Of a stretch of 64,000 nucleotides of DNA, positions 27,730-36,996 are shown in pieces. The stretch is from contig JAYVGQ010000100.1 of assembly GCA_043771985.1 (NCBI GenBank), forward strand, positions 19,700-83,699. Direction: 5' to 3'. The notes beneath the pieces are model-generated. The model was given only the letters and a program-made list of their open reading frames with translations, was not told where the DNA came from and searched no databases. The translations under genes were made by a program, and so were the position numbers. This DNA is from Sphingomonadales bacterium (lineage in GTDB: Bacteria > Pseudomonadota > Alphaproteobacteria > Sphingomonadales > Sphingomonadaceae). The stretch's first letter is position 1; every line of letters begins with the position of its first letter.

Positions 27730-28281
27730 CTAGTTCTTGCGCTGGGGCACCGTAAATGTGCCTGTCACCCGACCGCCGCTGTTCTGGACACCGGGGACTG
27801 CTGGCGCACCGCCGCCATTGATCGTTGACCGGCCCGAGTTGAGATCAATCACAATGCGTCCGCCGTTCAATCGGTTCGCGCCTTGCGTCAGCTGCACATT
27901 GCCGAGCAAAGTAATCAGATCGCTGTCGAGATCGTAGATCGCAGCGTTGCTGGTCGCGCGCAAATCGTCTTTGGAGATCGTCACGCCGCCGATGGCATCG
28001 AGCCGGTGCACATCGATGCCACCGCCGCTGGAATAGGCGGCTGTCAAACGCGAGGCTGACATCGTAAGGCCAGCCTGCGTTGCTGTTACACCGCCAGTCA
28101 GCAGCACGCGGTCGGCGCGGTCTTGAACCTCAATGGAGCCTGCGCTGAAATCCACCGGCGCGCTACTGTTATGCCCGCGAATGACCTGTGCGGGAGCCGA
28201 CACGCCGATGATCGCCGCTGTCGCCAGAAAGCTGGCAATTACAATTCCAAGGAAGCTTTTGATGTGCGTCATGCCAGTCAC
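27730..28281 (-). CDS. lptA: LptA/OstA family LPS transport protein
   Basis: Signal peptide, beta-jellyroll-like sequence, LLGNVQLTQGANRLNG, GRVTGTF; operon context. Confidence 0.88.
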   Translation of the reverse strand: MTGMTHIKSFLGIVIASFLATAAIIGVSAPAQVIRGHNSSAPVDFSAGSIEVQDRADRVLLTGGVTATQAGLTMSASRLTAAYSSGGGIDVHRLDAIGGVTISKDDLRATSNAAIYDLDSDLITLLGNVQLTQGANRLNGGRIVIDLNSGRSTINGGGAPAVPGVQNSGGRVTGTFTVPQRKN

Positions 28282-28916
28282 TTAAGCGCACCTTGGTTGA
28301 TTTGCAAACGCGCGCCGCCTTCAAGCCGCACGATACGCGCCTCGGCATCAGCGGTCATCCGTGCAGCGCTGAATGTGCCGACGCGTGTCGAGCCGTTAAC
28401 GGGGCCAAAGCTTTGCATCGTTTTGGGCTTCATCAGAAATTCGACATTGCTGGCGACAAGTTTGAATCCGTCGCCGCTGGCAAAGGACAATGGCCCTTCG
28501 ACGCGGATTTTTTCGGCCTTCATGTCATAGGTGCCTTGGCCTGCCGAGAGCGTCGCGGGGCCATTATCCATCACCAGGCGGCCAGACAAATCGGTCATGC
28601 GCAATAAAGGATCGGCTGCACTTTTCTGCACTGCACTACCTGCGCTCAAGGAGAATGGACGGCCTTTGGTGTCTTCTCCGCGATAGAGGGCATTGCCAAC
28701 GCGCATCCGTTCTTTGGCCAGATTGACCTCGTCCTTGGCCAGAACAAAGCTCATTTCCTGTGTGTTGGAAAACGGGCTGAACGCCAGCACCGCTAGCAAC
28801 ACACCGATAATGCTCGGCAACGCCACGCGCAAAGTGCGGACCAAACGGTCATGCCGCCCGCCGGGAAGGGCGAATTTCTGCCGCGCTGTGCGTTGGATAT
28901 CGGCTTGTGCTGACAT
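28278..28916 (-). CDS. lptC: LPS export protein LptC
   Basis: Single N-terminal TM, YRGEDTKGRPFSLSA; lies between rnd and lptA. Confidence 0.85.
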   Translation of the reverse strand: MSAQADIQRTARQKFALPGGRHDRLVRTLRVALPSIIGVLLAVLAFSPFSNTQEMSFVLAKDEVNLAKERMRVGNALYRGEDTKGRPFSLSAGSAVQKSAADPLLRMTDLSGRLVMDNGPATLSAGQGTYDMKAEKIRVEGPLSFASGDGFKLVASNVEFLMKPKTMQSFGPVNGSTRVGTFSAARMTADAEARIVRLEGGARLQINQGALK

Positions 28917-28959
28917 AACGTAACCCTATGCGCCCGACCGCATGAACGCGCAATGACGC

Positions 28960-29580
28960 TTAGCTGTGTGCAAAAATATCAGCCTCGGGCCAACCGATCA
29001 GGTCGAGCCGCGCACGATAGGGCAGAAAATCAAAGCAAGCTTGCGCGATTTCGCGGCGGCCTTCGCGTTCCAGCCGGATCTCGAATTCATCCCTTAACCG
29101 ATGCAAAAAGCGCACGTCGCTGGCGGCGTAATCCTTTTGTGCCTCGCTCAAAACCGGACTGCCCCAGTCGCTCGATTGCTGTTGCTTGGAAATGTCGGTG
29201 CCAAGCATTTCCTTGACCAATTCTTTCAGGCCGTGACGGTCAGTATAAGTGCGCACCAGCCGCGATGCGATCTTGGTGCAGAACACAGGCGCTGCCACAA
29301 CCTTAAGGTAATACTCAATCGCTGCCAGATCGAACCGGCCAAAATGGAACAGCTTTACTCGGCTGGTATCCGCCAATATCCGGCACAAATTGGGTGCGGC
29401 ATAATCGCTGTCCGCTGCAAAACGCACCAGGTGCTCGTCACCGTTGCCGTCCGAAATCTGCACGAGACAAAGCCGGTCGCGCGGCGTCAGCAAACCCATG
29501 GTTTCGGTATCTACGGCAAGTACGCTTGTACCCTCCAGCACGCCATCGGGCAGGTCGCCCTCATGCAGAAATACACTCAT
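28960..29580 (-). CDS. rnd: Ribonuclease D-like 3'-5' exonuclease
   Basis: AVDTETMG, RLCLVQ, FHFGRFD, CTKIAS, YAASDV (DEDDy). Confidence 0.88.
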   Translation of the reverse strand: MSVFLHEGDLPDGVLEGTSVLAVDTETMGLLTPRDRLCLVQISDGNGDEHLVRFAADSDYAAPNLCRILADTSRVKLFHFGRFDLAAIEYYLKVVAAPVFCTKIASRLVRTYTDRHGLKELVKEMLGTDISKQQQSSDWGSPVLSEAQKDYAASDVRFLHRLRDEFEIRLEREGRREIAQACFDFLPYRARLDLIGWPEADIFAHS

Positions 29581-29800
29581 GCGGTGGCGCCTTTATCAAG
29601 AATTTCAGTCATGACGCTTCCCTGCCCTAAGCCTTGCTTGATAGCAAGTTTACACGCTGCAAAATTTATTAGGGTCTTGCCTGTGGATAATGTATAGCCC
29701 GAGTCTGCAAAGCATATGGCAATGCGCGGGAAATGCGGGATTTTCGCCCGAAACTGCATGGAACGAAGACGATGGGCGACAGGAAAGTATAAGTCGAGAT

Positions 29801-30697
29801 ATGAATTTTAATGACAAACGTCGTGGCCGTGGCCGTGACAAGCGTGATCGTTTTGGTGACGACAGTTTTGAATCCCCCTCGTTCCCCGGCGAGATTCGCG
29901 GCGGAAATGATCGTGGTGGAAATGACCGCGGCGGCGGCGGCGGCGGTTACCGCGGCGGTGGCGGCGGTGGATTTGGCGGCGGCGGTGGCGGTGGCGGAAG
30001 CTACGGCGGTGGTGGCGGTGGTTTCCGCAGCGGCGGCGGTGGCGGTGGATTTGGCGGCGGTGCGCCTCGTCCCCCTGCAATGCCAGCCCAAGTCGTTGGT
30101 TCCGGCAAAGGCATCGTGAAGTTTTTCAACAATCAAAAAGGCTTTGGCTTTATCCAGTGCGATGAACAGCCCGATGATGTTTTCGTGCACATCAGCGCTG
30201 TCGAACAGGCTGGTTTGACCGGCTTAGCAGAAGGCCAACCGCTGGAATTCACACTTGTGGATCGTGGCGGCAAAGTTTCGGCATCCGATCTGGTTATCGA
30301 AGGCGATCCAATCCCTGTACCCGCACGCGAACCGCGTCCGGAACGCAGTGGCGGATTTGACCGTGATGGCGGCGGTGATCGCGGTGGCTTCCGTGGTGGA
30401 GACCGCGGCGGTGATCGTGGTGGGGATCGCGGCGGCTTCCGTGATAGCGCACCGCGTGCACCTCAGCGTGAATCCACTGGCGAACGCGCCAACGGTACTG
30501 TCAAATTCTATAACGACATGAAGGGCTTCGGCTTTATTCAGCGCGATGATGGCGGCGAAGATGTGTTTGTTCACATCTCCTCGCTCGAGCGTTCGGGCAT
30601 CGGTTCGCTCGTTCAGAACGACCGGTTGGCATTCGACATCGAAAGCGACCGTCGCGGTAAGTTCTCGGCTGCTAATCTGAGCAAGATCGACGATTAA
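29801..30697 (+). CDS. Tandem cold-shock-domain protein with Gly/RGG-rich regions
   Basis: Two CSDs (GIVKFFNNQKGFGFI...DVFVHISA; GTVKFYNDMKGFGFI...DVFVHISS) plus Gly/RGG tracts. Confidence 0.92.
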   Translation: MNFNDKRRGRGRDKRDRFGDDSFESPSFPGEIRGGNDRGGNDRGGGGGGYRGGGGGGFGGGGGGGGSYGGGGGGFRSGGGGGGFGGGAPRPPAMPAQVVGSGKGIVKFFNNQKGFGFIQCDEQPDDVFVHISAVEQAGLTGLAEGQPLEFTLVDRGGKVSASDLVIEGDPIPVPAREPRPERSGGFDRDGGGDRGGFRGGDRGGDRGGDRGGFRDSAPRAPQRESTGERANGTVKFYNDMKGFGFIQRDDGGEDVFVHISSLERSGIGSLVQNDRLAFDIESDRRGKFSAANLSKIDD

Positions 30698-30716
30698 ATC
30701 GCGTTACGCGAAAACG

Positions 30717-30748
30717 AAAAAGGGCCCCGCTTTTGGGGCCCTTTTTTT
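30717..30748. terminator. Bidirectional intrinsic terminator
   Basis: AAAAAGGGCCCC-GCTTTT-GGGGCCCTTTTTTT between convergent genes. Confidence 0.85.
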
Positions 30749-30767
30749 GTTGAGACAGCACGGCGAT

Positions 30768-31637
30768 TTACCGCGTCGGCACAGGAACCGGGCTGGAATA
30801 ATCATAAAAGCCACGCTTGGTTTTGCGGCCTAGCCAGCCGGCCTCGACATATTTGACCAGTAACGGCGCGGGGCGGAATTTGGGGTCTCCGGTGCTGGTG
30901 AACAGCACGTTGGTAATATCCAGACAGGTATCGAGTCCGATGAAGTCGGCAAGCGTCAACGGCCCCATGGGATGATTGAGCCCCAGCTGACACGCGGCGT
31001 CTATGTCGGGGATCGTGGCGACGCCTTCACCAAGCGCAAAGCAGGCCTCGTTTAGCATCGGCATCAGCACGCGGTTGACAATGAAGCCTGGAGCATCGTT
31101 GGCAAAGACTAGCCGCTTGCCTAGCGCAGCGCCATAGGCTTCAATCTTGGTCACCGTTTCCGCCGAAGTCGCCAGCCCGCGAATAACCTCAATCAAGCCC
31201 ATGACGGGAACCGGATTGAAGAAATGCACGCCGATAAAGCGCGCCGGATCGGGCGATGCCTGGGCCAATCGCGTGATAGGAATCGACGATGTGTTGGACG
31301 CCAGAATTGCAGCAGGCCCCAAAACCTTGCCAACACCTTCAAAAATTGTGCGCTTAATCTCTTCACGCTCGGTCGCTGCCTCAATCACCACATCGGCGGC
31401 GGCCATCGCTCCATAACCCGCAACCGGCTGTATCCGGCCCAGCAAAGCATCCGCATCGGCCCGCGAAATCTTCTCTTTCTCGACCTGACGATCCATCTGC
31501 TTGGCGATCCCAGCTTTGCCCGCCTCCGCGCGCGCCAGATCGATGTCGGACAGCAGCACTTGAAAGCCTGCGACTGCACTGACTTGCGCAATGCCGGCGC
31601 CCATTTGTCCGGCTCCGATAACGGCTACGGTTCGCAT
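30768..31637 (-). CDS. hbd: 3-hydroxybutyryl-CoA dehydrogenase
   Basis: VIGAGQMGAGIA, EAATE, ASNTSSIPI, GVHFFNP, NHPMGPLTLADFIGLD. Confidence 0.92.
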   Translation of the reverse strand: MRTVAVIGAGQMGAGIAQVSAVAGFQVLLSDIDLARAEAGKAGIAKQMDRQVEKEKISRADADALLGRIQPVAGYGAMAAADVVIEAATEREEIKRTIFEGVGKVLGPAAILASNTSSIPITRLAQASPDPARFIGVHFFNPVPVMGLIEVIRGLATSAETVTKIEAYGAALGKRLVFANDAPGFIVNRVLMPMLNEACFALGEGVATIPDIDAACQLGLNHPMGPLTLADFIGLDTCLDITNVLFTSTGDPKFRPAPLLVKYVEAGWLGRKTKRGFYDYSSPVPVPTR

Positions 31638-31717
31638 ACTGTGTTCCTTTTGGCGGCTTGATAGAGATGTCACAGCGCCCCTAGCGTAGCGGCTGCAATC
31701 GGGATAGACTGTTTCCC

Positions 31718-32776
31718 ATGAACGTTCGAACCGTGACATGCTTGATGCTTTTTGCCGTTGGTTTCGGCGCGCCCGCCAATGCCAAGCCGATTCTTGGCGA
31801 GCAAAAGTTTCTTCAAGACTGGGCGGTGGCTTGCGACAATCGGCTGGCTTGTGAAGCGCTGTCTTTGCAACCAGAGGATGCGCCGTCTGATGGTATTTCG
31901 CTGTCGCTCACCCGCGCTGCAATGACCGGAGATATCGTCATCACGTTGGCTAGTTTTGAAACCAAAAGCGACCGATATCGGATCATGATCGACGGGCGTG
32001 TCGCTGACACTGGAGCGATCAACAACACGGCATCCGCGCCGATAACAATCACTGGCACAGATGCGCTGCGCCTCGCCCGATCACTTGCCAAAGGACGCGT
32101 CCTTACGTTGCGCGACGGCAAAGGCGTGGAAATCGGCAAGGTTTCGTTAAAGGGATCAACCGCTGCCTTCACGCATATCGACGCTATTCAAAACCGCGCC
32201 ACGACAAAGACCGCGCTTGCCAAGCCGGGCAAAAGAGATTTGCGGGTAAAGTGGATGCCAACGCCGGTCATCACAGCCAAGCGCATTAAGCCAACCGAAA
32301 ATACACCAGACGCGACCACTTTGGTCCAGCTGGTCGAAAGTTCGCCGTGCAAAGAGGAGCGTTTCGGAGTCACCGAAGACACAGCGTATAGCCTTGGCAC
32401 TGCGGGCGGAGCCGCGCGGGCCTTAGTGATGATAAGCTGCGGCGCTGGCGCGTATAATTTTGCCTCCGCTGCTTATATCGGGATCGAGCAATCCGACGGC
32501 AAATGGCAGTTTGCGCCAGCGGTGTTTGACTACGGCGATGCGGTTCGCACATTGGACGACAGTGTCCAGCTGCTGATCAATGCCGATTGGGACGCCACCA
32601 CGCAGATAATGAGTAGCTATGCCAAAAGCCGCGGCCCGGGCGATTGCGGTAACGCCGCATCATATTTGTGGGGCGGCGACCAATTCCAGCTAATCTCTGC
32701 ACATAGTATGGAGCAATGTCGCGGCTCGCTCGACTGGCAGACATTGTGGCAAGCCGAAGCAAAGTTGATTGATTAA
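31718..32776 (+). CDS. Exported protein, DUF1176-like
   Basis: Signal peptide; FLQDWAVACDNRLACEA, CGAGAYN, KSRGPGDCG motifs. Confidence 0.78.
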   Translation: MNVRTVTCLMLFAVGFGAPANAKPILGEQKFLQDWAVACDNRLACEALSLQPEDAPSDGISLSLTRAAMTGDIVITLASFETKSDRYRIMIDGRVADTGAINNTASAPITITGTDALRLARSLAKGRVLTLRDGKGVEIGKVSLKGSTAAFTHIDAIQNRATTKTALAKPGKRDLRVKWMPTPVITAKRIKPTENTPDATTLVQLVESSPCKEERFGVTEDTAYSLGTAGGAARALVMISCGAGAYNFASAAYIGIEQSDGKWQFAPAVFDYGDAVRTLDDSVQLLINADWDATTQIMSSYAKSRGPGDCGNAASYLWGGDQFQLISAHSMEQCRGSLDWQTLWQAEAKLID

Positions 32777-32800
32777 GACGATGAGCACGAGGATCAAGAC

Positions 32801-34297
32801 ATGACAATCGAACTGGTCGGGAAAGTCCGCTCCACTCTGAAATCAACTGACCACCCCTATATGCAGGGAGCATGGCGGCCGACGTTTAGCGAATGGAACG
32901 CGCTATTTGCCAATGGCGACGCGGAAGTTATCGGAACCATCCCCGATGATATCGACGGCGTCTATATTCGCACAGGCGAAGTGCCCGTCCATGAACCAAT
33001 TGGCCGCTATCATCCGTTTGACGGCGACGGCCAAATCCATTCGATCAGCTTCAAAAACGGTCGCGCCAGTTACCGCAGCCGGTTTGTCCGCACCAAAGCG
33101 TTTCAGGCCGAGGCAGAAGCTGGCAAAGCGTTATGGGCTGGCCTGATGGAGTCACCGCATAAATCCACCCGACCGGGCTGGGGCGCACAGGAATGGCTAA
33201 AAGACAGCAGCTCCACCGATGTTGTTGTTCATGCCGGAAAGATCCTCTCGACATTCTATCAATGCGGCGAGGGCTATCGGCTCGACCCGTTCACGCTCGA
33301 GCAGTTCGGCACCGAAGGCTGGGTCCCTCTCGACGGCATTTCGGCACATGCAAAGCTAGATCCAGCCACTGGCGAGTTGATGTTTTTCAACTACTCCAAA
33401 CATGCGCCGTATATGCATTATGGCGTAGTTGGCGCGGATAACCGATTAAAGCATTATGTGCCGATCCCGCTCGATGGACCGCGGCTGCCGCATGATATGG
33501 CGTTTACGCCGAACTATTCGATTCTGAACGACATGCCGCTGTATTGGAATGCCGAGCTGCTGGAGCGCAACCTACATGTCGTGCAATTCCACGCGGATCA
33601 GAAATCTCGCTTTGGCATCATCCCGCGCTTTGGCAGTGCCGACGACATCCGCTGGTTTGAGGCTGAGCCTACCTACACGTTGCACTGGCTAAACGCGTGG
33701 GAGGAAGGCGACGAGATCGTCCTTGATGGCTATTATCAGGAAGAACCAATGCCCAAATCGCACCCCGATGCGCCCGATGGGTTAGAGCGGATGATGGCGT
33801 ATTTGAGCCAAGGCCTGATGAAGCCAAAGCTGCACCGCTGGCGTTTTAACCTGAAAACCGGCGCGACCAGCGAAGAGCGATTGGGCGACCAAATCCTTGA
33901 ATTCGGAACAATAAACCAAAAATTTGTAGGGCATAAATACCGCTACGCCTATTCTGCGGTGCCAGAACCCTATTGGTTTTTGTTTACGGGGCTTGTGAAG
34001 CACGACCTTGAAACCGGGATCAGCGAAGAGATCAGCTTTGGCCCCGGTCGCTATGGCAGCGAAAGCCCGTTTGCGCCGCGTATCAATGCGACGGATGAAG
34101 ACGACGGCTATCTGGTATCTTTTATCGCCGATGTGGAAAACGACCGGTCGGAATGCGTGTTAATTGATGCCAAGAATTTTGCGGCTGGCCCGGTCTGCCG
34201 CATCATTTTACCCGAACGGTTTTGTTCGGGCACACACTCGGTTTGGGCGAACCATGACGACATCGGCATGGGCCCGAATAATGTGCTTACCGCCTGA
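32801..34297 (+). CDS. Carotenoid oxygenase (RPE65/lignostilbene dioxygenase) family protein
   Basis: IPDDIDGVYIR, HPFDGDG, SAHAKLDP, PHDMAFT, LHWLNAWE, THSVW (four His iron ligands). Confidence 0.9.
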   Translation: MTIELVGKVRSTLKSTDHPYMQGAWRPTFSEWNALFANGDAEVIGTIPDDIDGVYIRTGEVPVHEPIGRYHPFDGDGQIHSISFKNGRASYRSRFVRTKAFQAEAEAGKALWAGLMESPHKSTRPGWGAQEWLKDSSSTDVVVHAGKILSTFYQCGEGYRLDPFTLEQFGTEGWVPLDGISAHAKLDPATGELMFFNYSKHAPYMHYGVVGADNRLKHYVPIPLDGPRLPHDMAFTPNYSILNDMPLYWNAELLERNLHVVQFHADQKSRFGIIPRFGSADDIRWFEAEPTYTLHWLNAWEEGDEIVLDGYYQEEPMPKSHPDAPDGLERMMAYLSQGLMKPKLHRWRFNLKTGATSEERLGDQILEFGTINQKFVGHKYRYAYSAVPEPYWFLFTGLVKHDLETGISEEISFGPGRYGSESPFAPRINATDEDDGYLVSFIADVENDRSECVLIDAKNFAAGPVCRIILPERFCSGTHSVWANHDDIGMGPNNVLTA

Positions 34298-34324
34298 CGG
34301 CTATTTTTCGTTCGGAGCAAAAAT

Positions 34325-34399
<75 letters not shown>

Positions 34400-34604
34400 T
34401 CGGGCGGCTAGAAGCAACATTGCTATAAAGTTGGTTCCAGCGGGTGAGGCGGGCCATTAGCAGGCGTTATCAGGGGCTGCAACCCCCTATCGTCGCGATA
34501 ATTTGCTTGCCGATTACCTGTATTGCATCGCAAAGGCTTGGCAGCTTTCATTCAATCCCCACATAGACGTGAACATTCGTGATTCGCGCGTAAGGAGTTT
34601 TCAC

Positions 34605-35519
34605 TTGGCCAGCATGGGTTTGACCACCGAAGAGCAAAAGGCAGTCGAGGCATTTCGCCGCGACGTTGTCGATCCGTCGATGACCAAGCTGGTGGTGCTC
34701 GATTTTTGGGCCGAATGGTGCGGGCCGTGCAAACAGCTCACTCCGGTATTGGAAAAAGTCTGTGCGGACTATGCCGATAGGGGCGTTGTATTGGCCAAGA
34801 TCGACGTGGACGCGAACGCGTTCATTGCCGGACAATTTCAGGTGCGATCAATCCCAACGGTCTACGCGTTGTTTCAAGGGCAACCCGTTGCGGACCTAAC
34901 CAACGCACGCACCGAGGCGCAGCTTGCCGCGATGCTCGATCAATTGCTCGAAAAATTTCCTGTTGCCGCCGGTGACGCCGTTGAAGCCGGACCTGATCTT
35001 GGCGCAATGGTTGAGGCGGGGTCAGCGGCACTGACAGAAGGTGCGGCGGAAGACGCTTATGCGATCTTTACCGACGTGCTTGCTTTGGAGCCAGAGCGTG
35101 CCGATGCGCTGGCCGGGAGGCTGCAAGCCTTGATGGCGCTTGATCGGAAAGATGATGCAGCGGCAATTTATGCGAGCTTGCCGGACGAGCTGAAAGCGAA
35201 CGCTGCGATGGAGAAGGTGAGCATCATGCTGACCATCGCTGCCGAAGCGCGCGATCCAGAGGAACTGGCAAGCTTGCATCAGGCTGTGACCAATAATCCC
35301 GACGACTATGCCGCCCGTTTTGACTTTGCCAATGCCTTGATGGCGGCGGATGACCGCGATGGCGCAGCGGAGGCATTGCTGGCCATCATCGAGGCTGATC
35401 GCGATTGGAATGAAGGTGCAGCACGCACAAGGCTGTTGGAGATATTCGGCATGATTGGATTGGAAGACCCATGGGTATCGGCAACCCGGCGCAAGCTATC
35501 TGCGATCTTGTTCGGATGA
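34605..35519 (+). CDS. cnoX: Thioredoxin-TPR chaperedoxin (YbbN/CnoX)
   Basis: WAEWCGPCK thioredoxin motif plus helical repeat C-terminus; SD TAAGGAG before TTG 34605. Confidence 0.88.
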   Translation: MASMGLTTEEQKAVEAFRRDVVDPSMTKLVVLDFWAEWCGPCKQLTPVLEKVCADYADRGVVLAKIDVDANAFIAGQFQVRSIPTVYALFQGQPVADLTNARTEAQLAAMLDQLLEKFPVAAGDAVEAGPDLGAMVEAGSAALTEGAAEDAYAIFTDVLALEPERADALAGRLQALMALDRKDDAAAIYASLPDELKANAAMEKVSIMLTIAAEARDPEELASLHQAVTNNPDDYAARFDFANALMAADDRDGAAEALLAIIEADRDWNEGAARTRLLEIFGMIGLEDPWVSATRRKLSAILFG

Positions 35520-36133
35520 TAAAAAAACGCATCTCTTTGTTTCCCATCGCGGGCGCAATCCTATTGCCGGGTATGCAATTACCGTTGCATATCTTTGAAC
35601 CTCGCTATCGGTCGTTGATTGGGGACTCATTGGCCCGTGACCGGTTGATCGGGATGATCCAGCCCAGCGGCGACGGAAAACGCCCGGATTTGTTCGCCAT
35701 CGGCTGCCTTGGCCGGATTGAGGATGTCGAGGCCCTTGAGGATGGGCGCTACAACATTGTGCTTCAGGGCCTACAGCGGTTCACCGTCACAAACGAGCTC
35801 GACGTCAAAACCCCGTTCCGCCAAGCCGAAGCCGAATTATGGGAAGAGGATGAACTTGGCGAAGCGCTGTCGATTGCTGAACGCGCCGCGCTGGAGATGG
35901 AATCGCGGCGCTTTGCCGACAGTCAGGGCTATGCCGTTGACTGGAACTCGGTCAGCCAGCTCGACGATTTCTCGCTCGTCAACGCTATCGCCCAGATTGC
36001 GCCGTTCGATACCGCCGCCAAACAGGCGCTGCTAGAGGCACGCGGGCTTAGCGTCCGGTCTGAACTTATCATTCAATTGATGGAATTTTTCGGACGGCAT
36101 GATGGATCGGACGACCGGGTAACATTGCAATAA
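35516..36133 (+). CDS. LON peptidase substrate-binding domain protein
   Basis: LFPIAGAILLPGMQLPLHIFEPRY, GCLGRI, GRYNIVLQG. Confidence 0.9.
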   Translation: MIKKRISLFPIAGAILLPGMQLPLHIFEPRYRSLIGDSLARDRLIGMIQPSGDGKRPDLFAIGCLGRIEDVEALEDGRYNIVLQGLQRFTVTNELDVKTPFRQAEAELWEEDELGEALSIAERAALEMESRRFADSQGYAVDWNSVSQLDDFSLVNAIAQIAPFDTAAKQALLEARGLSVRSELIIQLMEFFGRHDGSDDRVTLQ

Positions 36134-36168
36134 TCGAATCGCTTTGCTCGATCGCGGAAACGCGATAA

Positions 36169-36183
36169 GAACATAAAGTGAAC
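36169..36183 (+). promoter_or_regulatory. LexA (SOS) box of the imuABC operon
   Basis: GAAC-ATAAAGT-GAAC (GAAC-N7-GAAC) directly at the imuA start. Confidence 0.85.
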
Positions 36184-36996
36184 AATAGAACATCCGATTC
36201 GATTTTGCCGTCGCTTGCGCTGCCCGATGCAGGCTGGGGCCATGCGTTGGCTGCGCTTGGGAAGGCAAAGGCGGAGCAGCGGTCGCTATCGGATATTCTT
36301 AGCGGCTTGCCCATTAATGCTTGTCACGAGATTCTGGGCAAAGATAAAGGCGATGCCGCCAGCCTGTTTGGTTTTGGGGCAATGCTGGCGGCGATGTTGT
36401 CCACAAAACGACCCGATGCGCCCTGTTTCTTTGTACGGTCGCTGCGCCGCCGTGGCGGGCAGCTGTATCCGCCGGGACTGACCGAATTGGGGCTCGACCC
36501 TGATCGCTGTTTCAGCGTGCATACCCCCGATCTACTCGCCGCATTGAAAGCAACAGCGGACATCGCACGCAGCGGCGCAGCAGGGGCGGTGCTGGTGGAG
36601 ATAGAGGGCAATCCCCGCTTACTCGACCTGACCGCAAGCAGGCGGCTGGCACTGTCTGCGGAAAAATCTGGAACAGCGGTTTTGCTGTTACGCATGGGTG
36701 CGCGCGAAGCGCCGAGTGCTGCATATAGCCGGTGGCAGGTGGCCTCTGCACCCTCAACACCTTTGCTCGCCGACGCACCGGGCGGGCCAACCTTTGACAT
36801 CACTATGCTGCGTCACCGCCGGTTAGCTTCGGGGCAATCGGCGCAGCTGATCTGGAACCTGAACGAGCAAAAATTCGATGAGCAATTTGCAACCCAATCC
36901 CCGCAAAGCGATAGTGCAGGAAAGACGACATTTGGCCGTCTATTTTCCCTGGCTGCCCGCAGAGCGACTGATCCGCATACGCGCCGCGCCGCCTGA
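36178..36996 (+). CDS. imuA: Mutasome accessory protein ImuA (RecA-like)
   Basis: ACHEIL, LYPPGLTELGLDP, LTASRRLALSAE, RWQVASAPS; first gene of the imuABC cassette; start codon uncertain. Confidence 0.9.
   Translation: MNNRTSDSILPSLALPDAGWGHALAALGKAKAEQRSLSDILSGLPINACHEILGKDKGDAASLFGFGAMLAAMLSTKRPDAPCFFVRSLRRRGGQLYPPGLTELGLDPDRCFSVHTPDLLAALKATADIARSGAAGAVLVEIEGNPRLLDLTASRRLALSAEKSGTAVLLLRMGAREAPSAAYSRWQVASAPSTPLLADAPGGPTFDITMLRHRRLASGQSAQLIWNLNEQKFDEQFATQSPQSDSAGKTTFGRLFSLAARRATDPHTRRAA

Noticed and set aside
29682-29690. Perfect DnaA box TGTGGATAA in the rnd/csp divergent promoter
   Set aside because: A single 9-mer is plausible by chance in 64 kb, and there is no cluster or oriC context.
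29669-30190. Ala/Thr-rich antisense ORFs over the cold-shock gene
   Set aside because: These are artefacts of Gly-codon (GGC/GGT) repeats read on the opposite strand.
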